DNA of 59,461 nt, from NCBI GenBank assembly GCA_012026655.1, contig JAAILG010001963.1, positions 1-59,461 of the forward strand. The letters are read 5' to 3'. This stretch comes from Hydrolagus affinis. Its lineage: Eukaryota. Below, piece by piece: positions 1-12,309 of this stretch. Numbering within the stretch: position 1 is the first letter of the stretch; every line of letters begins with the position of its first letter. The notes under the pieces were generated by a model that saw nothing but the letters and a program-made list of their open reading frames with translations, did not search any database and had not been told where the DNA came from. Both the position numbers and the translations under genes were made by a program.

Positions 1-44
1 AAAGGCTTTTAATGCTGAACACCAGGGCTATTACTGTCTTGCAG

Positions 45-154
45 TTGGAATTGCTGGAGATTCGAAAACATCAAGAGGCTATGCGACAGAGCATGGAAGA
101 TCAACGCCAACAAGATCATGAGCATGAGTCCTCTGAGGAGATTCAGCAAGAAAA
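45..154 (+). CDS. SPTB: Beta-spectrin exon (end of last spectrin repeat / start of C-terminal linker)
   Basis: Acceptor gtcttgcag|, reads LELLEIRKHQEAMRQSMEDQRQQDHEHESSEEIQQE(K), donor aa|gtgagt (phase 2). LELLE.R matches the end of the last beta-spectrin repeat. Confidence 0.85.
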
Positions 155-1019
155 GTGAGTGTCTGTGCTTCATGTTTCATTCAGTGGTATAGCTAAATAA
201 GCAGGAAGGGAGACTTGCTTGACGTCAACCAGTTCTTCCCCTGGATTTGCACTTGCACTCAGATTAGGCTGCCTTTAGAAGTTGATCTCGTGGTAGCAAG
301 CAAAGATGATTCAATGTGGGTAACAATTGTATTAAATGCTACATCCTAAAGCCTGTTTTTTTTTAAAAAGAAGCAGTTTACATGCTGGATATCATGGCAA
401 CCTGTGGTCATTCATGAAAAGTCTCAATAAATAATAATACTTACATTGGATATTGCATCCTACATGTCAGGAGAACATCTCCTAATGCTTCATAGGATTC
501 ACAGTAAAGGGTACTGTACTTTGTAAGCAAGTGTTTGCCACAGATTTCCCTCTAGTTCAAGGTGGCTTTTTGTTTGCGTTAATCACATTTGGTAAGCGTG
601 ACTCAGACAAGTATTTGATTGTCTTGCTTAAATTGACTGAGCATTTGTATTCACAAACTGCATGAAAAATCACATGCATAAAATTTTAATAAATACAAAT
701 GCAATACCAGCGACCAAAGCTTCAAATCGTCCCCAGGGATTCCGTCATTATTCGGGGGATCCTGTTTGATGCTTTTACTCATCCACAGACATGTACTCTT
801 CAGTCATCAAAGCATAGTTGGGCTGATGAGGCAGGTTTGCAGTAGAGCTACAAAGAGCTTCTTCTCTGTTTTTGTGTATTATTTATGAGGTAACATACCC
901 AGCAGAAAGCCAAAAAATAATTCAAGATGAGATTTTCCACTTTTTACAGAGAGTAGCATACCCTGGGGAAAAAGCCAATGCTATTGCCGTACAAGTTAAT
1001 GATTCACTTTATCTTTCAG

Positions 1020-1098
1020 GACACCAGGAGAAGAATGGAAGAAAGAAGCCCAAGAGGCAGCAGAAACATCCCTTCACACAGTAGAAGAACAATCACTG
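1020..1098 (+). CDS. SPTB: Beta-spectrin linker exon shared by long and short isoforms
   Basis: Acceptor atctttcag|g completes AAG from the previous exon, reads TPGEEWKKEAQEAAETSLHTVEEQSL, donor |gtcagt (phase 0). Confidence 0.85.
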
Positions 1099-1152
1099 GT
1101 CAGTTACCAATCCAAATTCTGTCATAGTTCCCAGCGTTTCAAAGCATTGTAG
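1099..1152 (+). CDS. SPTB: Alternative short (PH-less) C-terminal extension by donor read-through
   Basis: In-frame continuation VSYQSKFCHSSQRFKAL*. Starts with VS like the human SPTB erythroid tail (VSLWSRL...) and the SPTBN1 short tail (VSYRSQ...). Confidence 0.65.
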   Translation, partial: VSYQSKFCHSSQRFKAL

Positions 1153-1424
1153 AGTACCAACCATTTTCTTCTGTGCACCACTTATTCCCTTTTGTTTCAT
1201 TCTTTTCATCCATCTCTCATGGGCTCGTTGTTGTATAATTTATGGATGTACAAATCAGGTCTAAACCAAACCAGAGTGAGTGTGTAATGCTTGAATGATT
1301 ACAGTGGAATATTTTCATACGTAGCTGGTATACCTATGTTGAACACTGTCTTGGTGGGATACTCTTTTAGTATGGTGTTGAGTTCCTGTGCCCATCAGAC
1401 AGCTGCCTGACTCAAACATTGTTA

Positions 1425-1570
1425 CAGTAGAACCCTGTAATAAGTGTGCTACTGTACTTTATAACATGAGGCTGCTGAAAAGGCGGTGTGACAAGTGATC
1501 TTGCCCATTAAAACTCTGGGTTGGAATTTTAAGGACTTGCTCCGACTTCATTATAACAAGTTTCTACTCT
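1425..1570. mobile_element. Degenerate pogo/Tigger-type MITE
   Basis: Left end TA-cagtagaaccctgtaataa; right end ttataacaagtttctactct is an imperfect inverted repeat of it. Confidence 0.4.
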
Positions 1571-2503
1571 CTTTATGAAGCTTCCACATTGCAGACAGAG
1601 TTGTTAATTGATTATTCACCTGATTGATGAATATTGATGTATGAACTCTGTGAGACTTTGGTGTAACAGCACTTCAGTTCTCTCCGTTCCCCCCAGTTAA
1701 GGAAAATTGACTTGACATTACAAGGTCGCTTAGTATATCCATGTACTGATAGCATTGAAAGTGAACAAATGATGGGATCTCTTATTGTATACATCCACGC
1801 CACCAACACTATAGAAACACTAACACCAATGATGCACCATCTTTGGGAAGAGTTACTCAAAGAAACCAAGAGCAATAGAATAAAACCAGAAAATGTGCCC
1901 GGAGCTGGATTGGTTTCAATCTGATTGGTATATCCTTTCAGACTTTTTAAAAAAAATTGTAGAAATTAACATAAGATATGAGTTAATTATAAAAGCATAA
2001 AGGTCATCTTCCAGTAGCAAAGCCACTGAACTGCCTGATGATTCTTAGTGCCCGTGTTACACATATGGTACATTGCATTTTAAAACTCACCGAAGTTTGT
2101 TAGGATTATAGAATGCTTCACACAAACAGCTAGCAAATCACACTTCAGGTAATCCCACTGGGATATAAAGACTGGTAGATACAATATAAAACGGTTGCTT
2201 GTTAAGCAGTTATGTTTACTGGGACCTTTGATGTAATAGTTGGTGAACAGATTTTGGTGGAGAATCCACTATTGAGATAATACCCTTCAAATTCCCATTC
2301 TCAGTCTGCTTTGATATTCCCTATCTAACTGTATGTAGTCCTGATTTGACTTTTGCTTTGACTTAACACATGTTAACATCAGTTTGTTCTTCTGTGTGGG
2401 GAGAGTAACACAAGCAAACTACTTCCTATGCGTGGATTCTTATAAAAGGCTGATTTCAATGTCGAAATTTGTGTCCGGTTTCATCTGACACATGCACATG
2501 TAA

Positions 2504-2823
2504 CTCCTGTAGCTCAGTGGTTAGAGCACTCGCCTTACAAATGTGAGACCTGTGTTCAGATCAGGGCGGATCAGAGCGAAACCTTGGGCAAGTTTCCTTA
2601 CTCCACACGCCTGATAATAATCTGTCCAAAAAAATCCCCACAATAATAAAAATTGATCATTTCAATCCAAGACTGTTTGTGGGACGCTGCTGTGCGCAAT
2701 TGGCTGCCACATTACTCTCACAAATATACAGTCAATTCACTTTACAGTATATTCTGTGAAGCACTTTGAGACGTCGATAAGATGTGAAAAGTGCTATATC
2801 AAACGCAAGGATTATTATTATTA
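2504..2823 (+). mobile_element. Full-length tRNA-derived SINE (Deu-like core, L2-type tail)
   Basis: A-box tagctcagtggttagagc, decayed B-box, core gggacgctgctgtgcgcaattggctgcc, tail gcactttgagacgtc...gaaaagtgctatatcaaa.gcaagga(tta)n. Many copies in the window. Confidence 0.9.
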
Positions 2824-4455
2824 CTTTTGTTTGAATGACTGGTTTGGATAGATTATTTAGAGACAGTTTGTTTGCTATCAGACAAATCGGCATGTTGCAT
2901 GCAACTGGTTATTTCTGTTCTCGTAGATTGTGCTTCCACTAGAGGGGCAGAAGAAAGTAGAGTATTTGATTGTTAGGTCAACACATAGTGTGATACATTG
3001 TTGTTCCCTGATATTTACCCTTCTGTTCTCATTGCTTCTCCCTTATAACAAGTCGGGAGCTATATTATTCTATACTGAAAATTCCTCACAGTTATTGAAC
3101 AGTTATTTTATTGAGATTTTTAAATATCTTTGCACATAAAGATCTTCTTGTTAATCTTTCCTTATTAAGGATTATCATTAACAAGTGTTATCTTGGGAAA
3201 ATGTATCACTTGCTCCAGTATTATTTTATGAATGTCATTTAGTAGCTTTGGAGTTGAACTTATATTGATAGCTAAAAATAGTCATGTTGTTTTAATGGGA
3301 TTTCACATTGTAGAGATTAAGTGAAAAATTCACTATTTTTAGATAGCATGTTAGACCCAATTGTGTGAATTTTTTTTTAAAAAAGTTAATTAAACACATT
3401 ACTTGTTAATTAACCTGTGTTAATTAACAATGAACAATTGGGCAACGTCTCAGAGCGCTTCACTGAGATTAATTTGAATCCTTTACTTGTTAATTAACCT
3501 GTGTTAATAGCATGTAGCATTCTTTTAACCTGTGTTAATTAACCTGTCTAAAGCTCTCCGAGATGTTACCCAATGCGCAGGACGCTAAATATAAATGCAG
3601 ATTGTGGTAGTTTAAGTGATGGGCCTTTATGAGAATCTTGCAAAGAGTAGGGAGCAAAAGAGTACACAGTCATATTGTAGACATTCTATCACAACGGGTG
3701 AGCCCAGTAATGAGTTCTAATGTTATTTACTGGTGTGGCACTGCACGAACCCTGCACAAAGTATTGCCAAAGTAGCGGAACGTTAATGACTCGTGTTCCA
3801 GAAATATAACCTGGGGTTTGAGGAATGCATCGACCTGGATTCCTAACCTAATTGAATGGAATATTGTACCATTAACTGAAAAGGGCAACGGAGGGGAATG
3901 CTGCAACACTAATTAATGTCAGGTTCAGTTGCACAGCTTTGCTTTAACACAAGGTGTCAGTGTGTTCCCTTTCCACGCATTGCAGACTGTGACGTGGGTC
4001 AGAACTGAGGGTGTGAACTGGTCCAGAAATAAGTGTTGCTGTTTGTGTTCTACAGGCTATAGGTTGATGTAGCCTGCGTACTTTTATATGATACACGTGT
4101 GCACAGTTCTGCAATATTCCTGTTGTGTCCTTTTTCTGTGCCTTTGGTATTTTGTTTTCCCACAAGGTCTTTCTCCTCTATATTTTTGTGTGTATCTGCA
4201 ATCTAGGCGCCGCGTTTCTTTTCATTTACTTTTTCTGATCTTTTCTTTTTCCAAATGTTTGAAATAAAGACCAGTCTTTTTATCCTCAAATTCTTTTTTT
4301 TGTGTGTGTATGTATTAAAAGCACCTTGTCCCCCCCCCACCGGCTGAGCTGAGTTGTTGGAAACTGAGTTTCGCTCTGGTGTGGCTCGCACTTGTGTTTG
4401 ATGTTGTGTAACTGTGCAGTATTTCAAAATGTTGCATTGCTTTATGGAAAATATA

Positions 4456-4611
4456 CAGTAAATCTCACATAGATCGCATCAGTTGGGACCATATATTTAA
4501 TGTGACTTCAGCAAAGTATGAATGATGACAAACGTGTATGGAATATAAACTCTGGAGCAGATTTACGAGATTATACAAACTATACAGATCAGACTTATTC
4601 GAGTTTCACTG
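4456..4611. mobile_element. Degenerate pogo/Tigger-type MITE
   Basis: TA-cagtaaatctc ... gagtttcactg-TA: CAGT termini flanked by TA. Confidence 0.45.
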
Positions 4612-5095
4612 TAAAAATGTGAAATACAAAAACTAAAAATTGCACCTTTTTCATAGAAGTGTCAACGTAGAGTGGGAAGGAGGGTTTCAAATCTATGCCA
4701 GTAATGTTCTGGGTATATTTTCTTTACAACATTTTGTACTATTAATATCTGAATAGAGCTCCCTCTGAGATCTCATATTTTGAGGCCAAAGAGCCCGAGC
4801 TAATCCAGTCATTGACCTATTTAATGTAATTTGGTAGCATTGTTTTGACTGTTACCTGTAAATCTTTAAATCTATTGCCAAGCGATTAGTCTTAGTGGGG
4901 ATGGTTTATGTATGTTATTCGGTAGCCGTGAATTGCACTCTGTACCTTAGGGATGCCCATGATATCTTTACTGCAGGAGAAAATGGTTGAAAGTTTTTTT
5001 TCCATTTCAATTCCTCATTCAGCCAAATGTTTAGTTGAGCTAATTGCACATTGTGGTGGAAGCGATTGAGAGTGTAGGTGTTAAAGTGAATCTGT

Positions 5096-5230
5096 TAATA
5101 ATAATCCTTGCATTTGATATAGCGCTTTTCACGTCTTCTAGACATCTCAAAGCGCTTCATAGAATATACAGTGAAGTGAATTGACTGAAAATATGTGGAC
5201 ATCACTTGACTGATGCAGATGTGGCAGCTT
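5096..5230 (-). mobile_element. 5'-truncated copy of the tRNA/Deu SINE
   Basis: Reverse complement of the SINE tail: (aat)n ccttgcatttgatatagcgcttttcacgtcttctagacatctcaaagcgcttca. Confidence 0.85.
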
Positions 5231-7002
5231 TTATAGGGTGTAGAGTCCCTCCTGAGATGTCGCACTTGCATATGGACATATAATATGCTTTTTACATTAC
5301 TGAGAAAGCTTGCGATGTTATGAACTGCCACCCCTTAAAGTGTACACAAAGCCGTAGTCTAACTTTCTTGTGCAGAGATTGAACCTAGCGGCCTGGACTT
5401 AGCAATTGAATCTACGTGGATGGATTTGTGGAATGGCCTATTCATATTGAAAGAATGTTTCATTCACTAAGGCATCAGTATTGTTTCATCAGAATTAAAC
5501 TGTATGTGTTTGCGCATGTGTGCATGCCAGACTGTGCATGCAGACAAAATGTGTGCCATTTGGTACAGGTTTATTGTTTGATTTCCTCTTCCCCCCACCC
5601 CACTATTGTGGCACTTTGTGGTGCAAGGAAAGTTTGAAGGAGCCAGTTGGGGTGGGATACGAGATATAAAAGGATGCAGCTGGCTCAATCCCTGCCTCTA
5701 TTATTACCAGCATTGTGTCTGTGTCAGCACCACCTGAGACTTGACACTAAGATGGGTCTGCCTTATGGTAGCACTCATATTCCACAGAGCTGTTAGTAGC
5801 AAATGGAAGCCAGATTTCTGAATGACTCTGGCCTCTATTTTCACTTTATCAGATTTAGTGTTACAAGCAAGGTTTCTGTATTTACAACACCCCCGAGGTT
5901 AGCTACAGATGTAGGTGGGAACTAGAATTAACTCCTTGTCTCTCTTGAGTGTTGCTTCGCTATTTTCTTGGCCTGCTTGGCAAAGAGATGAGTTTTAAAG
6001 TAGTTTAAAAAAAATCACTCTGGAGAGATCCTTGGCGCATAGTTGAGAGAGAGAGAGATGACATTGAAATTGTGAATTACGGAGGAAAAAGACAACGGGT
6101 CATTTTGGTTATAGAAATTCAACGTTTCATTTTACTCTGCTTGCCTCCCCTCTCTCAGTGATATGCAACGCAGGATTTCCAGCAGAAAGCTGGAACTTGG
6201 TGGCTCTGTGAAATTAGCCGCAATCATGCATGTCTGAATGTTGCTACTGCAACGGACACCTCCAAAGAGGTCTTGTAGAAAACGAGATAGATGGGAAGAA
6301 AACAAGCAACCCAAAACAAGATGGGTGGGAAGGGAGGGGGGGAAATGACTGCAAAAAGAAGAAAGAAAAAAAGCAAGAAAGACGTCAAGTAAAAAGTAAA
6401 ACCCAATGAGAGGATATGTATATTCTGACAGAGGATAAGAAAGGGAGAACTTCAAAGGATAAAAAGGAATGCGAATTTAATGTTATTGCTGTATATATAA
6501 ATACATTCCTGTATATAAACAGTAAAGTAAAATCAGATTGGCTGAGTATAGCACCTTCTGGCTAAGCCATTTGCCTTCATCTGGCCTCCTCCACTGTACC
6601 CGTTTGCCATTCCTATTTCTGACCAGTTAGGCATCCACCTTAGTTGGAGACTGACAATTTAATGTGTAATTCTAAGCAGTCTTGTAAATGAAAAGAAAAC
6701 ACAAGAATTTTGGAAAGCTTAGTTAAAAATAGAACATGTTGGAATAATACTTCAGGAATGATCCAGCTCTGTTGAATAGCCTTACTTGAAACATTAACCT
6801 GTCTTAGTAATGGACATTGCAAAACATCATTATTTTGAGCTTAAAAGTAATGATGAAAAGAAATATTTTCACACCTGTTAGCACTGAAAGAACAAGATCA
6901 TTAAACTAAAAATTACTGCTTGTTATTTGCTCTGTTAATGGAGCAACTCGTGTTCTCTTAATCCACTTCAGTCTTTTGCCTTGCACTTGAACATAAACAT
7001 GT

Positions 7003-7128
7003 GGAGGAGCAAATAATTACAGGGAAAGAACAGGGAATTGGGACCAGAGGAGCTAGCCCCTATGGAGAAGTTAGCACCAGCATAATGTCAATAGGCCAAA
7101 TGGTCTCCACCTATGTTATAATTTCTAT
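7003..7128 (+). mobile_element. Old CR1 LINE 3' end
   Basis: Degenerate CR1 3' UTR ending ggccaaatggtctccacctatgttataatttctat. Confidence 0.5.
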
Positions 7129-7485
7129 AATAAATATTGTGATGACATTCCACATTTCCCTTTGGACACTTTTACTGGCTTCGTTCACTCGTTATTGCAA
7201 CAGCAAGAATATGAAAGGAAATGATTTTGTGTAGGTTAAATATAATGGAAGGATATACAACAACAAGCAGGTTAATTGTGTGGCCTTTATGTATTTTTGC
7301 TGAACAATGATGTTTTTGAACTTTCTGACATTCGAGCTGTCAGGAAATTGAGCTTGTGCTGCCAGGAGATTCATTTGTTGGAATCAACAGTGACCCTTGA
7401 ATAAAGCACGTTATTTCTCTTGATTGCTTTGAGAAGGGAATTGTTGGGCAATTATGTACAATGCCATAATAGCTCCAACTGTTGA

Positions 7486-7650
7486 TGTTAATAATAATGA
7501 TAATAATAATACTTGCATTTGATAGCGCCTTATCTTGCCATTGAGACCACTCAAAGAATTTACAGAATATATTGTAAAGTGGATTGACTGCGTATTTGGG
7601 GGGGCGAAACTTGGCAGTTAATTGAGCACAGCAGTGTCTCACAAACCGTC
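7486..7650 (-). mobile_element. Diverged Deu SINE 3' half
   Basis: (aat)n cttgcatttgatagcgcc...ggcagttaattgagcacagcagtgtctcacaaac is the reverse complement of core plus tail. Confidence 0.75.
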
Positions 7651-7897
7651 GTGGGTTTATTAAATCACCCTGGTGTATGATACCGCCTTTTTCCTATTTT
7701 AAAGTATGATCTTTCTACGTTATGAATTTGTATTTTATTTCCATAATGTACAATATTATTTAAACATCAAATATATCATATTTCTTTCAATTTCTTACCT
7801 TTTTCTTCCTTCAAACCTCTTTACTTTTTTTCCTGTCTCAATTTATCAGTTATTCCAATTCCAAGTTCTAGGTCTGTAGCTATAGGAGAATATATTG

Positions 7898-8260
7898 ATA
7901 ATAATAATCCTTACATTTGGGATAGCACCGTTCACGTCAGGAGGATGTCCCAAAGTGCTTCATAGGATATAAGCGGAGTTAGTATGGTCTGTGGACAAAG
8001 AAGGTCTGCGGATCATTTGAGAGGGACTAAGCAGGAGGGAGTGGGAGAAAGTAGGTTGCTGGTGGTGGTGGGTGAGGCATGTGAGTATGAATGAAGAGAA
8101 AAAGTGGTGACTGAAGAACACTCACGAAGATAGCTTTGAGAGTTAGCCACATGGCAGGACACAGACAGGTCAGATTGGACAAATGAATCACATTCCTTAA
8201 CTAGGAACATTTCAAAGCAGAAGCAAAGGCATGGGCTTGTAAAAGGAATTATGGCAGCAG
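7898..8260 (-). mobile_element. L2 LINE / SINE 3' end fragment
   Basis: Tail ccttacatttgggatagcaccgttcacgtcaggaggatgtcccaaagtgcttca followed by purine-rich, degenerate L2-like sequence. Confidence 0.5.
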
Positions 8261-9399
8261 TATCTAGATTTTGATTTTTGACGTGTTGGTTTTAATTGGC
8301 AATTCTGTAGTGCTTTGTGCCCTGGACTTCCATTTGGTTATTTGTTTGGGGTTCCAGCCATTTGGCTGCAAAGATGTTCTTAATGATTCTTGATTTCAGC
8401 AGATGCTTTCCATTAGTGCTCTCATCAGGACTCCTCATGCCCAGACATGGCCAGATGTATATCACTCTCCTAAGCTTTAATTTGAAAGAAATGATTGCAA
8501 ACTGTTTCTGGGAATACACTTCCACAGTTGAAAGCTATTCACATATATTTACATGATTGAACTTCTAAGACTTTACTTCCGAACTATCACATTTTCAATT
8601 GGTTATTTATACACCATTAAGAGCACTTGCTGAAAAAATAATCTTTTGAGAAAAAGCTTTGATTACAACCCATGTCATTTAAAAGACAATACAATGTGAA
8701 ACTGCAAAGTTCATCGAGACTTAGCCTGTACAAGCATCAAATTTAAAGTCTTTGAACGAAGAATGGGCAGAATTAGGGAAAATTGTGGAAAATTCTTAAA
8801 TTCAGCCTTAATTTTATAAGGAAGCTACCTTTCCACATTTCTTTTTTAAAAAGAAATGCTGCCAAAAAAACAAAAATGAAAGTTACCTGTTCTTCAGCTG
8901 CTTCTGGTCGTGCAATTTAATGACCCTTGTTTTTTTGAAGAATTACAATATTATCCAGTGATCCACAGGATGTGAAACAAAAACAGTAAGTGCGAGGTGG
9001 GCGAAGGTGAGCTGTTTAGTTGCTCCACAAACAGGACTCTGCTGAGACTAATCATGTGCAGTACACACTGAGTAAAAGCTGACACTGGTATATTTGTACC
9101 ATACAGGAGCTATGTGCCTCTTGTGCAGAAGACACATGCCATTTGTATGGGCAAATGATACATATCAACTTTGTGATGCCACATCAGCCCCTAAGTCACC
9201 ATCATAGCTTGTCTTCCTTTCTAAACTTTCTCCTTGATTCCAATAAGTTGCCCAATCTGCACCATTCAAGTTGCAAACTCACATTTATCAGCTCATATGG
9301 TACCTGATGTGAACGAGTTGTTGGCTTTCACCTGGTGTGTAGTGCGTTTGGCAAGCGGGTCGGTGTTTCCTCTCTAGGAATTTTGTTCAATTGTTGTGG

Positions 9400-9640
9400 G
9401 GCAATGGAACTTGGGTACAATTTCCCTCTCCTCTGAGAACTTGATCTCATCCATTATGCAGCTGGCAGGAGAAGAGAGATGTTGCATGCTTTCCCAAGGT
9501 AGTGGGGGAGGAGAGAAAACCAAAAGGGAAGACACAATTTGTGTGCAATTGTATATCCAGAATAGGAAGTTGTATCCTGAGAATAGTCTGCCCTCTTGGC
9601 AATGGGGAGGTACACAACCTAGGAGAGATACTAAAAGGGG
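9400..9640 (-). mobile_element. Degenerate L2 ORF2 fragment
   Basis: Minus-strand frames give fragments like AKRADYS...L, resembling the L2 linker at 59130 (TAKSAFYSRIIL). Confidence 0.35.
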
Positions 9641-9961
9641 AAGGAGATTAGATGAAAACGTGGAGGCTAACATTACTTCTAGAAACTGATCTGCAAATGT
9701 TCCTTTTACTGTGCTTTTCTTATTCACCTTCCATTACTTTGCATGCAGCATGACTAAATAGAAGTTAACAGTGTTCTGACAAGATATTGATTTGTTGGGT
9801 ATTCAGTACTTTGTACACTATCCTTAATAATACAAATCTGTTTGATTCATCATTAAGGTGCATGACTCTGAGAGGTAACTTATAAATAACACGAGTTGCT
9901 GGTGTCATTTAAATTCTTAGCATTGGGGATTATTAATCTTGTTCTATAATTTTTCCATCAG

Positions 9962-10236
9962 GTAACGACATCAGAAACTCTTTCCGTCCTAGTAAATGGC
10001 ACTGACAGTCCAGAAGAAAAGACATTGGAGACTGAAGATAAATCGGAAATTGAAGAAAAACCTCGTGAAAAGGCCATGAGGCCCCCACCCTTGATATTGC
10101 CAGAACAGGGACCTGAGACATCTAGATTTGCATCTACACTGCCAGTGCTAACACCTAGAGACCACACTGCCCAATTGGAGGGATACCTGGGACGCAAGCA
10201 TGAACTAGATGGACCAAATAAGAAGGCATCCAACAG
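9962..10236 (+). CDS. SPTB: Beta-spectrin exon: linker plus start of PH domain
   Basis: Acceptor ttttccatcag|, phase 0, VTTSETLSVLVNG...AQLEGYLGRKHELDGPNKKASN(R), donor ag|gtgaat. EGYLGRKH.L.GPNKKASNR is SPTB-like. Confidence 0.92.
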
Positions 10237-10511
10237 GTGAATTTCTGCTTTCTAATTGTGTTCATCTCGGGGATGTAAATCTCCCCTCTGCCATGTGCTC
10301 TCAAAGCCCATGTAAAATGAGTTTGGTTAGTCTTGTACTAATTCTTGGTAGGCCTATAGGATAAGATGGCCCATACCCTAACAATAAATTGTCAGTCTCT
10401 GTTAATGAAAGAAATGTAAATTTTTTTTAAAATTCTGATTCAATTAGTTCTGAATATTTTTTAATTCACTTTTCGGTCTTTTCATCTCATGTTTTCTGTA
10501 TCAAAACCCAG

Positions 10512-10685
10512 ATCCTGGACTACCTTATATTGTGCCCTGAAGAAAGGAGAACTTAGCTTCTATAAGGACCCAAAGAACTGTAGCGCAGGTGTAACATACC
10601 ACGGAGCGGAACCTTTGAATCTGAAAGGTGCCACATGTGAAGTTGCTGCTGACTATAAGAAGAAGAAACATGTGTTTAAACTCCG
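10512..10685 (+). CDS. SPTB: Beta-spectrin PH-domain exon
   Basis: Acceptor cccag|a, SWTTLYCALKKGELSFYKDPKN...YHGAEPLNLKGATCEVAADYKKKKHVFKL(R), donor cg|gtgagt. Confidence 0.95.
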
Positions 10686-11658
10686 GTGAGTAGTTGCAAG
10701 ACAGATCCAATTGGAAGATTCAACACACTGCAAAGTGGTAGGTGTTTATTGCAATAGAATTTACACATATGAAGCACCTTTCACATCGGGAGGACGTCAC
10801 AAATTTCCAGAAATGATACCTCTTATGGACATTTATGAATTAGGTTGTATGTCACAAGTCCAAAAGTAGTGCTTAATCGAGCACTTTTAAACTTACACCA
10901 AACATCAACGGTTTGTTCTATATTTATGTTTCATTCATACAATTCATAATTTGAGCTACAAGGACAATAGTGTTGTAAAATCGATCTGGAATTGAATTTC
11001 TGTTGACCTGCTGATGCTATTGACCTGTAATAACTGCAATATATCAGAGATTCTCAATAGAGTGCAAATCATCATCTATTCTGTGAGTTCTATCCCTATA
11101 CATTATTTAGTCCATGGCATACACGTTTTGAGGTTACCATATAAATTTTTTTATAATAGATTGTGCTTGTGATGTCCATTTGATGTTGAGCGATGCAAAA
11201 TGCAAGTATTTTTTGCTAAATAATGGAATAGTTCCATCCCTACGGATGCTATTATTGTTGCATAGTTTTAACGTTTTTTGGAGATTTTTGACAAACATTT
11301 GACTGTAATTGATTTGTGCACAAGTTTGCAAGTCAGGGTTACTGTGCTGGAAAAATAGGAAAACAGTGCTGCAGGAGAAAACAGTGTTAAAGGTTAGATG
11401 ATTGGTAGCATCAGAGACTAGTCCCCATTATAACTGCTGTTAAATATGTCACTGAAATAATTTGGAATTTTTATACTCAGAATCAGATTATTTTTCACAA
11501 ACTGAGTGTATTTAAAAAAAAAAAAGTTTTCCATGTAACCTATTCAATTCAGGACCGAAATGTAAGAACATTATAAAACAGTGAATCAGTCAGGCAACAG
11601 CAGAGATATAAAGGCAAATAAGGAAGGTATATTTATTTTGAATGTTCCTTATTTATTT

Positions 11659-11751
11659 GGAGTTCAGGTACAGATCAACCATGATCTAATAGAATGGCAG
11701 GACAGCTTTGAGGGGCTGAATGGCCTTGTCCCATTCCTATGTTTCCTATGA
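11659..11751 (+). mobile_element. CR1 LINE 3' UTR fragment (intronic)
   Basis: gatcaaccatgatctaatagaatggcaggacagctttgaggggctgaatggcc...ttcctatg, similar to the tail at 53228-53320. Confidence 0.8.
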
Positions 11752-11820
11752 CTCAAGTTCAACTATAACCAATGCAGAAGCATCTGCTTTCAAATAATAA
11801 TGCTTGGGCTTGTATTGCAG

Positions 11821-11863
11821 ATTGAGCAGTGGAAGTGAATACCTGTTCCACGGCAAGGATGAG
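11821..11863 (+). CDS. SPTB: Beta-spectrin 43-nt PH-domain exon
   Basis: Acceptor tgtattgcag|a, LSSGSEYLFHGKDE, donor |gtgagt. Fills the PH gap and is phase-compatible on both sides. Absent from the ORF track. Confidence 0.93.
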
Positions 11864-12117
11864 GTGAGTAACTTGATTATTCCTATGTCTTTTTTTTAAA
11901 AAAAAACTCATGTATAAAATGCGAGTGAATGAGTTGCACACTTCAGATTTGTTGCTCGTAGAAAGCTATGGAATGCTTTTTTTCCTTGTGAATAATTTGC
12001 ATTTGTTGTTAGAATAGTATCAATCGAATGAAAGATATTGAAGTCCTTCACTACAGATCTACTGGGAATATAATCAGGGCACATTTTGTATTTTGAATGT
12101 CTCTTTTGTTCTTCTAG

Positions 12118-12309
12118 GAGGAGATGAATAACTGGATCCAGAATCTGACCGCAGCCATCGCGGAGAATGACGAACCACAGCTCCAAAGCGCAGGGCAAGG
12201 GGAGGTCAGGGCACATACCCTACCACTCCCACCCACCATTGCTCCTGAAACAAGTCCTGGCAAAAAGGACAAGGAGAAAAGATTCAGCCTTTTTGCAAAA
12301 AAGAAATGA
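12118..12309 (+). CDS. SPTB: Beta-spectrin terminal coding exon (long isoform)
   Basis: Acceptor ttctag|, EEMNNWIQNLTAAIAE...RAHTLPLPP...GKKDKEKRFSLFAKKK*. This is the characteristic beta-spectrin C-terminus. Confidence 0.95.
   Translation, partial: EEMNNWIQNLTAAIAENDEPQLQSAGQGEVRAHTLPLPPTIAPETSPGKKDKEKRFSLFAKKK

Noticed and set aside
872-1084. 70-aa ORF overlapping the SPTB exon
   Set aside because: It is in the wrong frame. Splice phases support the TPGEEWKK frame from 1021.
2504-2575. tRNA gene-like sequences (also 38054 and 51333)
   Set aside because: These are SINE heads. They lack a proper acceptor stem and run directly into the SINE core and tail.
8405-8432. CTGATGA...GAAA hammerhead-like core on the minus strand (similar cores at ~823 and ~16175)
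   Set aside because: No pairable stem II or flanking stems were found.
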